Source of the DNA: Candidatus Bathyarchaeota archaeon | Lineage (GTDB): Archaea; Thermoproteota; Bathyarchaeia; Bathyarchaeales; Bathycorpusculaceae | DNA: 64,000 bases | Assembly (NCBI GenBank): GCA_963833575.1 | Contig: CAWHXY010000006.1 | Coordinates: 32,001 to 96,000 of the forward strand | Direction of reading: 5' to 3' | Notes under the pieces: model-generated | Databases searched by the model: none | Told to the model about the DNA's origin: nothing | The model's input: only the letters and a program-made list of their open reading frames with translations | Program-made: the position numbers and the translations under genes | Shown here: positions 20,797 through 29,207 of the stretch, one piece after another | How the letters are laid out: the number at the start of each line of letters is the position of its first letter | Position numbering within the stretch: the first letter of the stretch is position 1

Positions 20797-21402
20797 TTAT
20801 AGCTTTTTTTGGGTGAAGATGGCGTTCCATTCCGTATCAGCCTTGGTAAATAATTGAACATCTACAAAACCGACCGATTGCAATGCATTTTGAATTTCCT
20901 CGAGAGGCAAAAGCCTCACATGTGTTTCTTTAATAATGTTGGCTGGCGTAACCCCGTGTAGCAGTTCATTTACCAACAATAGTTTGCCTCCAGGTTTTAG
21001 CACACGGTTTATTTCTCTCAAAGCTGAAGGGAAATTGGTCCAAAAATAGTAAGTTTCAAAAGCAGTCACCAAATCAAAGAAGCCATCTTTAAAACTCATT
21101 TTTTCAACTGATTCTTCAATTATTTCTACTCGGTTTTGAGTGATCAACGTTTTGTTAATTTCTTTGGAGAATTCTACCATGTCAGCAGAATAGTCAATGC
21201 CAAAAACTTTTCCTTGGGGTGCCATTCTGGCTAATTTGTCGATAGTTTTGCCGCCACCGCAGCCGATATCTAAAATCACGTAGTCCGATCCAACGGTAAC
21301 CTTTCCTAGTCCCCACAAAGTTAGCTTCTCATGATGAAGGTTCATCCTTCTAGCAACTAATCTGCCAACTGGACCTTTCGGGCATTGATATTGATCTCCC
21401 AA
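20797..21402 (-). CDS. class I SAM-dependent methyltransferase
   Basis: ILDIGCGGG, FDLVTAFETYYFW, RVLKPGG. Confidence 0.88.
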   Translation of the reverse strand: MGDQYQCPKGPVGRLVARRMNLHHEKLTLWGLGKVTVGSDYVILDIGCGGGKTIDKLARMAPQGKVFGIDYSADMVEFSKEINKTLITQNRVEIIEESVEKMSFKDGFFDLVTAFETYYFWTNFPSALREINRVLKPGGKLLLVNELLHGVTPANIIKETHVRLLPLEEIQNALQSVGFVDVQLFTKADTEWNAIFTQKKL

Positions 21403-21462
21403 GTCTAATTTTTTAACGGGCGTTAGATCTTAACCTCTTAGCCTGTTAAGGCAATCAAGGCT

Positions 21463-21666
21463 TTATTTCTTTAAGGCTTTTTTAAAAATTGCTTCTTCAG
21501 TTAATGCTTTTTCCATAAGGTTTTTTATAGCTTCATCCATATTGCCTTTGAAGTAAGGTTTAACAATTTTTAGGGTAAACTCTTTGAGTAAAACTGTTGA
21601 AAAATTATGTATAGTCAAATTCACTGACAACTTTTCCTCAGCCATAACTGAAGATTTCTCAACCAA
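21463..21666 (-). CDS. small hypothetical protein, possible ribbon-helix-helix
   Basis: 67 aa ORF filling the gap; beta-helix-helix pattern. Confidence 0.45.
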   Translation of the reverse strand: MVEKSSVMAEEKLSVNLTIHNFSTVLLKEFTLKIVKPYFKGNMDEAIKNLMEKALTEEAIFKKALKK

Positions 21667-21800
21667 ATGTTTTCAACTCCAACCAATAGCAAGGAAAAAA
21701 ACGCTAAAAACATGTGTGCGCACCAATAGCACATACAGAAGAATGAGTAATTATTGGTCAGGCTGCAATCTTCAGTTTCAGAAATAATTTCTTCAAACTG

Positions 21801-24038
21801 CTACGGTTCCATGTCCTCACTCAAATAATCTAGCTGATTAGTCGGAGTTGTGTTAACTTGCTGTCTTTTCTTTCTTTTTCGTTGATATGAATAGCCTATT
21901 AGAGCAGCGGCGGCAGCTACCCCGACTGCCGAAACGGCTAAGGGTACTGCAATTGAGCTTTTTTGGGTTACTTTGTAGGGACGCATCATCTCGTTGTCCT
22001 CGTGCTCGAGCAGATGACAATGCCACACATATCCTGGCCCAGCAGTGGCGTCAAAAGGAAAGCTGGAGCCATCTTGTTGTGCAAACCGCACTCGGATAGT
22101 TACGACTTCTCCCGCGTTAACTGTGATTGTGTCTTTCCAGCATTGCTCATTCGGTTGAAGTGCGATTTTCAAGTTAGATAGATACGAGTTTAGGTTGACA
22201 TTTTTTGTCGGTTGGCTAAAAGGAGGAACACCGTTGTAGGATTCCCAAGCTTCAACGTAGGAAGTTGAATCAAAGGTTTCTCTTTGGACCAATTGGAATT
22301 GAATAAGATGCAGATGTATCGGATGCGGATTCATGGTTGGGTTAACTATTATCCAATCTTCGGTTGTTCCCACTTCTGGCGTTTCAGATATTGGAGCATC
22401 CCACATTTGCCCATCAAGTAGTGCAACTTTAGTACTATTTTGACCTGAAACTTCAAACAAAGTGAGAATTCTTTTCGCTGTGGGTTCTGGCAAGGTAGGA
22501 AAACTGGAAGCTGCAAGTGTTGGATTAAATGGGTTTGGCGCCTGAGGAAGGCTGAAGGGTGTTGGTGCCGTTTGGTTGGTGACAGTAAATTGAATAATTT
22601 GACCGACGGTTTGTCTTTCACTACCTGTATTGCTCGTTAAGGCGGTGTTTTTAAGAATCACTTTTGTTCCTGAAGCCAGAGACGAGAAATCTACTACTAT
22701 GTCTGCTCGTTCTGCAGGTGCTATGAGAAGAGATGTTAGAGAGACTGGTGCTTTGAGGTAGCCTCCGTCGCTTCCAATCTGAAAGAAGCCCATTCCATTT
22801 GAAAAACCTATTTGGTAAAAACGAGAATTTGATCCATTTAAGATCCGGAATCGATATTGCCCTCTATCTACGTTCATGTTTGGCCAAACTTTTCCATTAA
22901 CCATGATAGTGTTTCCCAAGAAACTGTTAACCCAATACGGATGAAAAGTAGGCTCAACTCCGACAGTGGGATAATTCAATGATCCATCATTATTGAAAGA
23001 TCTATCCTGAATCACAAGCGGCATCTCATATTTTCCGGTCGGCAAAATTGCAGCAACCTTATCATCACCGCCTTGGGGTTCTCTCAACAAATAGAAACCC
23101 GCCAATCCTGACATTACATTAAGACGTGTAACGCCTAGGCCATGATCATGATACCAAAGTGTTGTAGGCTGCTGTGCATTAGGATAATAGTAAACTGCTT
23201 TGTTTGAATCGGTTTGTGTGTATGTGCTGTACTGAGAGCCGTGTTTTCCGTTTGCGGTGAACCATTGGTTTGGTCCTCCATCATAATAAGATTGGTTTTC
23301 ACCACCATGAAGATGTGTCACAAGAGGAACAGGACTTTGGGCATATGGATATCCTGGCGGATAAACAGGGAAGGATGAAGTGGGCTTCGAAGTGTTATTA
23401 GGGTTTGCCCAGTGTATGGTCGGATCAACTGCAAACATGTAATGCGAAGTAATGGTGTTTTGCCATTCCACTTGAATGGGGATTCCTCTGACAGCTTCAA
23501 ATGTGGGACCTGGGCTGCTTTGAACAAAACCTAAAGACGACCCAGTTATAGCATCCATTGCGGTACCGCCATAACCCCAAACCTGCGTATTTAGATTCAT
23601 CGAAGGAGGAAGAATTTGTTCCGAGAAACTAGCCATTGCTACCGTGTATTCATGTCGAATCACATTACCTTGGGCAGTTACCACTTTTGGCACATACACG
23701 GGTGGCGGAGAAGTCAACTGGTTTTCAAACATCGGAATACTCAGCGGATCCAAAAGGGCAGACCCAGAAACTGCAATGGGTTGAACCACCCCCGTTTTTA
23801 TGTTTGCCAGCTGAGGTCGACCTGCTGCTGTAGTAATTAGATTAAAGGGTTTTAGGTAGCTTTCCAAGGCAATAGTAGCTAAAGTTCCACCCGCCATTAG
23901 GGCTGATAGCTTCATGAAGTCTCTTCGCTTCAGTTCGTGAGGGTTAATTTCAAGCCCAGTTTTATCAGCCGATATATGCGCTGATTTTCCGTTCAAAAGT
24001 TTCTTGTTTTGATGTGATCGACGAAAATTTTTTTTCAT
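21801..24038 (-). CDS. multicopper oxidase (CotA/bilirubin-oxidase-like) with Tat signal and C-terminal membrane anchor
   Basis: KRRDFMK Tat motif; HLHG, WYHDH, HPIHLH, HCHLLEHEDNEMM copper motifs. Confidence 0.92.
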   Translation of the reverse strand: MKKNFRRSHQNKKLLNGKSAHISADKTGLEINPHELKRRDFMKLSALMAGGTLATIALESYLKPFNLITTAAGRPQLANIKTGVVQPIAVSGSALLDPLSIPMFENQLTSPPPVYVPKVVTAQGNVIRHEYTVAMASFSEQILPPSMNLNTQVWGYGGTAMDAITGSSLGFVQSSPGPTFEAVRGIPIQVEWQNTITSHYMFAVDPTIHWANPNNTSKPTSSFPVYPPGYPYAQSPVPLVTHLHGGENQSYYDGGPNQWFTANGKHGSQYSTYTQTDSNKAVYYYPNAQQPTTLWYHDHGLGVTRLNVMSGLAGFYLLREPQGGDDKVAAILPTGKYEMPLVIQDRSFNNDGSLNYPTVGVEPTFHPYWVNSFLGNTIMVNGKVWPNMNVDRGQYRFRILNGSNSRFYQIGFSNGMGFFQIGSDGGYLKAPVSLTSLLIAPAERADIVVDFSSLASGTKVILKNTALTSNTGSERQTVGQIIQFTVTNQTAPTPFSLPQAPNPFNPTLAASSFPTLPEPTAKRILTLFEVSGQNSTKVALLDGQMWDAPISETPEVGTTEDWIIVNPTMNPHPIHLHLIQFQLVQRETFDSTSYVEAWESYNGVPPFSQPTKNVNLNSYLSNLKIALQPNEQCWKDTITVNAGEVVTIRVRFAQQDGSSFPFDATAGPGYVWHCHLLEHEDNEMMRPYKVTQKSSIAVPLAVSAVGVAAAAALIGYSYQRKRKKRQQVNTTPTNQLDYLSEDMEP

Positions 24039-24211
24039 AGTCTCAACCAATAAAATGCTTATAACGCAGATTAGCGCCCTCAAGGCTGCCTAAATAATGA
24101 CACTCTGAATTCTTATAAATATGTGACTGTGAACTCACACAAACAATTATCCAGTGTAAATGCTGGATATTTTTAATTAAAGAGAATTTTTGGATTGTAC
24201 GATTTTTTACG

Positions 24212-24409
24212 CTATGGTGCTACTTCTTTTGCTTTTGGAATTACACGTTTTATCCAGTCTATTTTTGTATTGTAAGTTTCATGCATTTGTGGCTGAGCAT
24301 AATAAACTCTTTCTTTAGCCATTGAAGCCAAACGACTTTGTGCCCCAGTAACTTTGCTTACTTTTTTTGGCTGTCCTTTTCTTTTGGTTTTATAACTTTC
24401 GCGGTTCAT
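24212..24409 (-). CDS. small basic hypothetical protein
   Basis: 65 aa ATG ORF in a gap, no motif. Confidence 0.35.
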   Translation of the reverse strand: MNRESYKTKRKGQPKKVSKVTGAQSRLASMAKERVYYAQPQMHETYNTKIDWIKRVIPKAKEVAP

Positions 24410-24515
24410 ATTTTCGATCTCCGCTAGAAGCTTAAAAACCTGACATATAGAAGTTTCGTAGTCTTTTTGTCTGACTCTACACTTTGAGCTGATGCAGATA
24501 CAGCGGTAATGACTG

Positions 24516-24929
24516 CTATTGTTGATTGTGTGATTCGTTTTTCTGTAGATTTGGCTGTTCGATAAGCAGTGCCACTAAGCTCATGAAAGTTCCGCTTGCA
24601 AGAATTAAACCTGTAAAGCTCAATTTTAGTGCAATCTCAAAATTATTGGAAATCAAAAATAAGAAAGTGATAATAATAAAGAAAGAAGACAGCCCAAGAA
24701 AACCTAGAATAATTTTCGGATGATTTTTCTTTTGAAGTTCTAACCACTTATTAGAACATCCCAAACTGAAGAAAATACCTGTGAAAATTATTGCAGTTGA
24801 AGTAGCAATAACAATTCCATTGACTATCGTTGGGATAAGATCGGTTTGGACAGAGACATTGATCAGCCAAGCAAAAACAAGCGCCAATGCGCCGGCTATT
24901 GATAAGATTGTGTTAAATTGCCGCGACAT
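24516..24929 (-). CDS. membrane protein (4 TM)
   Basis: four hydrophobic segments. Confidence 0.6.
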   Translation of the reverse strand: MSRQFNTILSIAGALALVFAWLINVSVQTDLIPTIVNGIVIATSTAIIFTGIFFSLGCSNKWLELQKKNHPKIILGFLGLSSFFIIITFLFLISNNFEIALKLSFTGLILASGTFMSLVALLIEQPNLQKNESHNQQ

Positions 24930-25042
24930 ATTAATTTCCTTTTGGAATAAGCCCTGTTTGCTTTAAAAGCATTATCTCTATTGATCTTTGGGGCAGCAGA
25001 CTTAGTTTTTAGAAGCCGATCTAACGACAATGACATTTAACC

Positions 25043-26626
25043 CTATGTAGAGGCGATTGTTTGGGATTGGTCTCGGAGAAAATTAAGCAGATAATGTGTT
25101 CCGCATACACCTCGACCTGTTGCGCCGCTGGCGTTCCAGCCTGTGAAGGATTGGGCACCTGGCCATGCTCCCGTGGTTGCTCCACCGCTTCGATTCGCGT
25201 ATAGAACGCCGAACTGCACTTGGTTCATGAAGGTTTGCACTTCTTTTTGGTCTTCTGAGAATATGCCTGCTGTCAGTCCATACTCGGTATCGTTGACTTT
25301 GGCGATAGCATCGTCTAATGTGTTGAATGCAGAGACTACACTGAGGGGCATGAATAATTCATCTCTGAACAACCTGTGAGTAGTTGGCAAATCAGTTATG
25401 ACAGTTGGCGAAAGGTAATACCCATTCTTGAATTTCCCTTCCGTGAGCACTTTTCCGCCAATAAGAACTTCGCCGCCAGCTTTCTTTGCATCTGCCAATG
25501 CTCCGTTGAATTTCTCGATCACAGCTTGATTGATCACAGGCCCCACGAAAACATCTTTTTCTCTTGGATCTCCCACTACTATCTTTTCGACTCGTTCAAG
25601 CAATGCTTCTAAGAATTTTTGTCGAACCGTACTCTGAACGTATATTCTTGATGCTGCACTGCACTTTTGCCCCCCGTAGCCGAAAGCCGATCTGACTATG
25701 CCTTCGACTGCTTTGTTGATGTTAGCAGATGAAGTTACGACCACTGGGTTTTTGCTCCCCATCTCAAGCACCATAGGCTTGGGGTACGGTTGCTGAGTCA
25801 AAAACTCCCGATAAAGCCTCATTCCAACATCTCTTGAGCCAGTAAACGCGATTCCTGCCACATCTCTGTTTGAAACAAACTCCTCCTCGAAATTAGGACC
25901 AGGACCTGTAACATAACTGATTGCGCCCTCGGGAACCCCAGCGTCTTTCAATACTCTGTAGAGCAGCAGACCTGTGAGTGGAGCTTCACTAGTCGGCTTT
26001 AAGATGATAGTATTACCCGTAATAAGCGCACCAAGAGCCATTCCATTAGCCAACATGAAGGGAAAGTTGAAGGGCGAAATCACAGGCCAGACGCCAAAGG
26101 GTTTTGAAACTATTGTGCAATCTTCGCCTGGACCGCCGCCATCCAACTTCTCGATGTAGCCGCTGTTTTTCTCCATGATTTTGGAATAGAATTTTATTGC
26201 GTCAATTGCTTCCCAACATTCAGCTAACGCTTCAAGTCGATTCTTCCCAACCTCATAAGTGACAGCTGCAGCGATGTCAAATTTTCTCTCATCAATCAAA
26301 TTAGCAGCGCTAAGCATGATTTTGACGCGTTCTTGCCAGCTTTTTTCGCTCCACTGTGGAAACCCTTTCTTGGCTGCCGCGATTGCAAGTTTAGCGTGGT
26401 CTCGCGTGCCGACTTGGAATCGGCCAACTGTTACTGAGGTGTCAATGGGGCTTTCATGTTCGAATTCGCCGCTTTCTGACCACAACTCATTTTCCCCGAT
26501 GTACATGGGGTAACACTTTCCGAGTTCCTGCCTGAACCTTTCTAAGGCAGCCTCATATTTTGGGTGAATACGCTCATCCGCAAACAAAGTAACATAAGTA
26601 ATTTTGGGAAAAGCAGCTTTTGCCAT
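25043..26626 (-). CDS. aldehyde dehydrogenase, P5C/L-glutamate gamma-semialdehyde dehydrogenase-like
   Basis: ISPFNFP, FTGS, LEMGSKN, GQKCSA, ELF.P, YGLTAG. Confidence 0.88.
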   Translation of the reverse strand: MAKAAFPKITYVTLFADERIHPKYEAALERFRQELGKCYPMYIGENELWSESGEFEHESPIDTSVTVGRFQVGTRDHAKLAIAAAKKGFPQWSEKSWQERVKIMLSAANLIDERKFDIAAAVTYEVGKNRLEALAECWEAIDAIKFYSKIMEKNSGYIEKLDGGGPGEDCTIVSKPFGVWPVISPFNFPFMLANGMALGALITGNTIILKPTSEAPLTGLLLYRVLKDAGVPEGAISYVTGPGPNFEEEFVSNRDVAGIAFTGSRDVGMRLYREFLTQQPYPKPMVLEMGSKNPVVVTSSANINKAVEGIVRSAFGYGGQKCSAASRIYVQSTVRQKFLEALLERVEKIVVGDPREKDVFVGPVINQAVIEKFNGALADAKKAGGEVLIGGKVLTEGKFKNGYYLSPTVITDLPTTHRLFRDELFMPLSVVSAFNTLDDAIAKVNDTEYGLTAGIFSEDQKEVQTFMNQVQFGVLYANRSGGATTGAWPGAQSFTGWNASGATGRGVCGTHYLLNFLRDQSQTIAST

Positions 26627-26769
26627 AAAATAACTGGAGATAAACCAATACTTAATGATTTAGTATATGATTCCAAGCCATTTTTTGAACAGATAATTTC
26701 TTAAAATCAAATTAGTCTATTTGGAGAAGACTTATAGGGAAGAGTGGTTAAGGTTTGTCGGTTTTAAAA

Positions 26770-26856
26770 ATGGTAATGTACCAATTTGTTAGAGAAGAAG
26801 AAGACGAAGACTGCGAAGACGAATGCGACTGTGAAGACTGCGAAGACGAAGAATAA
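26770..26856 (+). CDS. 28-aa acidic Cys-rich peptide (MVMYQFVREEEDEDCEDECDCEDCEDEE)
   Basis: hand translation; followed by a T-rich tract; absent from the ORF track. Confidence 0.55.
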   Translation: MVMYQFVREEEDEDCEDECDCEDCEDEE

Positions 26857-26928
26857 ACATTCTTCCACTTTCTTTTTTCTAAAACTTGATTTACCATTAA
26901 AAAAAGAATAATCAAAAAATTGATTTCT

Positions 26929-27183
26929 TTAGGTTTTTCGCGATTCAATTATGCCTCGACATTTGTCGGCGTATTGGCAGTATTCTAGGCATGCGGCTGA
27001 TTTGTCTGGTCGTTTCCATTCGGCGCCACATGATGGACAGGTAGTTTTGTCTTCATCGCTCCAGATCTCGAGGTCGCCGCCGCATACGTGGCATTTGATG
27101 TAAGACGGTTTAGGTTGAAGTAGGTCCCGGAGTCCGGGGCATGTTTGAGGGTTCTTTTCCGCTGGTTTGTCTTTAGAGCTCAA
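26929..27183 (-). CDS. small Cys-rich Zn-ribbon/Fe-S protein
   Basis: CPG, CHVCG, CPSCG, CLEYCQYADKC. Confidence 0.75.
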   Translation of the reverse strand: MSSKDKPAEKNPQTCPGLRDLLQPKPSYIKCHVCGGDLEIWSDEDKTTCPSCGAEWKRPDKSAACLEYCQYADKCRGIIESRKT

Positions 27184-27814
27184 CTATTTCACCTCCAATT
27201 TTGACTTCTAATTCTTTAACTGGGATTTGCTTGCCTGAGGCTTCAAGTGCCTTGTTTACTGCCCATTTTAATCCTGTGCAACAGGGTACTTCCATATGAA
27301 CAACAGTTACAGATGCAATATTGTTTTGTTTGAAAATTTCAGTTAGTTTTTCAGCATATGCTCTGGCATCGTTGAATTTTGGGCAACCTATTATGACTTT
27401 TTTTCCAGGCATTAAATCGTGAAAATTTTTGAGTGCAATTGGAGCGCAATCAGCAGCGAATAACAGATTTGTGTTTTCGAAGAACGGAGCCTTAAATGGA
27501 ACAAGATCTAGCTTGACGGGCCACTGAGGCTTCTGGGGGGCAGTGTTTGCAGAAGCTGTTGCATTTGTGGTTTTGGTTTTGAGGTACTCATGCGCTTCAG
27601 CTTGGTTGAAAGCGTCAGCCTCACGCTCAGTAACTGTAATTGCCCCTTGAGGACACTGACCAAGACATGCACCAAGTCCGTCGCAATACGTATCTTTGAC
27701 GAGTTTTGCTTTTCCATTAACAATTTGTAGGGCGCCTTCCGCGCATTTTGGGATGCAGCTTCCGCATCCATTACAGAGATTTTCATCTATGTTAACTATT
27801 TTTCTTTTTATCAT
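27173..27814 (-). CDS. 4Fe-4S dicluster ferredoxin-domain protein
   Basis: CNGCGSCIPKC, CDGLGACLGQCP, AADC, GCPK, MEVPCC. Confidence 0.88.
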   Translation of the reverse strand: MIKRKIVNIDENLCNGCGSCIPKCAEGALQIVNGKAKLVKDTYCDGLGACLGQCPQGAITVTEREADAFNQAEAHEYLKTKTTNATASANTAPQKPQWPVKLDLVPFKAPFFENTNLLFAADCAPIALKNFHDLMPGKKVIIGCPKFNDARAYAEKLTEIFKQNNIASVTVVHMEVPCCTGLKWAVNKALEASGKQIPVKELEVKIGGEIVEL

Positions 27815-28137
27815 GTATAGTTTTCTCCTCTTAGGCATTTTCCGCCGGTTGGGCAGAATTTTTCTGCGTGGTTTTCGATTGCAGCAAAGATTGGGCGCAT
27901 GGTTTCTTCATTGATGTTGTAAATATGCTGTTTTCCTTCTTTTTTGATAGTGATCAGGTTGCATTGTAGTAGGGGTTTGAGGTTGTGTGAGATCATGCTT
28001 TGTTCTTGTCCAAGCAAGCGTGCTAGTTCGTTTACGCTCATGGGTTTCTCCATTAGTTGTTCGAGTGCGGCTAGTCTTGTGGGGTTGGCTAGGTTGGTGA
28101 AGAAGTGGTAGCAGATTTTTGTTAGGCCTGTTTTCAT
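27811..28137 (-). CDS. ArsR/SmtB-family transcriptional regulator
   Basis: LANPTRL, MSVNELA, QSMISHNL. Confidence 0.9.
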   Translation of the reverse strand: MKTGLTKICYHFFTNLANPTRLAALEQLMEKPMSVNELARLLGQEQSMISHNLKPLLQCNLITIKKEGKQHIYNINEETMRPIFAAIENHAEKFCPTGGKCLRGENYT

Positions 28138-28161
28138 TTTTTATCTTGCCTTTGTTAATCG

Positions 28162-28196
28162 TATGAATTATATTTCATATGAATGATTATTCATAT
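28162..28196. promoter_or_regulatory. tandem ArsR/SmtB-type operator
   Basis: ATATGAAT-gatt-ATTCATAT (28177-28196) overlapping TATGAA-ttatat-TTCATA (28162-28179), both TGAA-N6-TTCA, just upstream of the ArsR gene. Confidence 0.65.
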
Positions 28197-28715
28197 AAAC
28201 ATGTCGGTAAAAGCCGCTTATTAATCGCCAACAATAATCAAAAAGAGAAGAAAAAGAATAGTGATTCGATAAACTACGAAAATAGATAGAAAAAAACGCG
28301 GCAAAGCACCCACAAATCATCGACACTTACGGCAATAAGCACGAATATTTCATTTTTTTTCTCTAAGTCACAATACGCAAAAGAAAAAATCTCAATGGCA
28401 AGTTAATCTCTATCGCCTAATCACACTACCTTCTCTGTGCCCTAAAATTCATTAAACTTCGAAGTACAAAAAAACCATCAAAAAACCCTTTATCAACAAA
28501 CGAAAGTACAGATTAAAAAGGGAAAAATGTCCCCTTAGAAGGAAACGTTTGGTTGGGTCAACATTGGCAAGACACGGAGGCTACTTAGCCCAACATAATT
28601 AGCCCCTTGCGCGTCTGAGCCAAAACGTGCTTTGGCCTCCCAAACATATTACCCCCTTTTTTTAAGGTAGAGTTTAGCTAAAAGTTAATATTTGCTGTTT
28701 AGTCTATTTGGAATT

Positions 28716-29207
28716 ATGTCTTCTTTTCATGTTAGGCGTAAAGACCGAGAAATTACTGACTCAAGTGAGATGCGACAGGTGTTGAAAGTTACTAAATTTG
28801 TTACTGTCGCCCTTTGCATGGATGATGAGCCGTATCTGGTTTCGCTTAGCCATGGGTACGACGAAGCCAAGAATTGCCTATATTTCCATTGTGCGCCCGA
28901 AGGCAAAAAACTCGCTTACCAAAAAACCAACAATAAAATATGGGGACAAGCAGTGTTGGACTTTGGCGTAACCGAAGAATGTGACTATGCATATAAGTCA
29001 GTTCATTTCAGCGGCAAAATGCACCTAATCGAAGATTTAAGGGAAAAGCAACATGCAATGGAAGTGCTTGTGCGTCAGGTTTCTCTTAACCCTGAAGCAA
29101 AGCTTGCTAAGATTAAGGCTGAAAGACTAAGCAGTGTAACGATGGGCAGAATTGATATTAATTACATGTCCGGCAAGAAACATTCGAGCCCTAAAAGACA
29201 AGACTAA
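28716..29207 (+). CDS. pyridoxamine 5'-phosphate oxidase/NimA-like FMN-binding protein
   Basis: RRKDREI, PYLVSLSHGY, YFHCAPEGKK, YKSV. Confidence 0.85.
   Translation: MSSFHVRRKDREITDSSEMRQVLKVTKFVTVALCMDDEPYLVSLSHGYDEAKNCLYFHCAPEGKKLAYQKTNNKIWGQAVLDFGVTEECDYAYKSVHFSGKMHLIEDLREKQHAMEVLVRQVSLNPEAKLAKIKAERLSSVTMGRIDINYMSGKKHSSPKRQD

Noticed and set aside
26748-26948. Ser-rich minus-strand ORF
   Set aside because: Antisense shadow of the acidic peptide repeat
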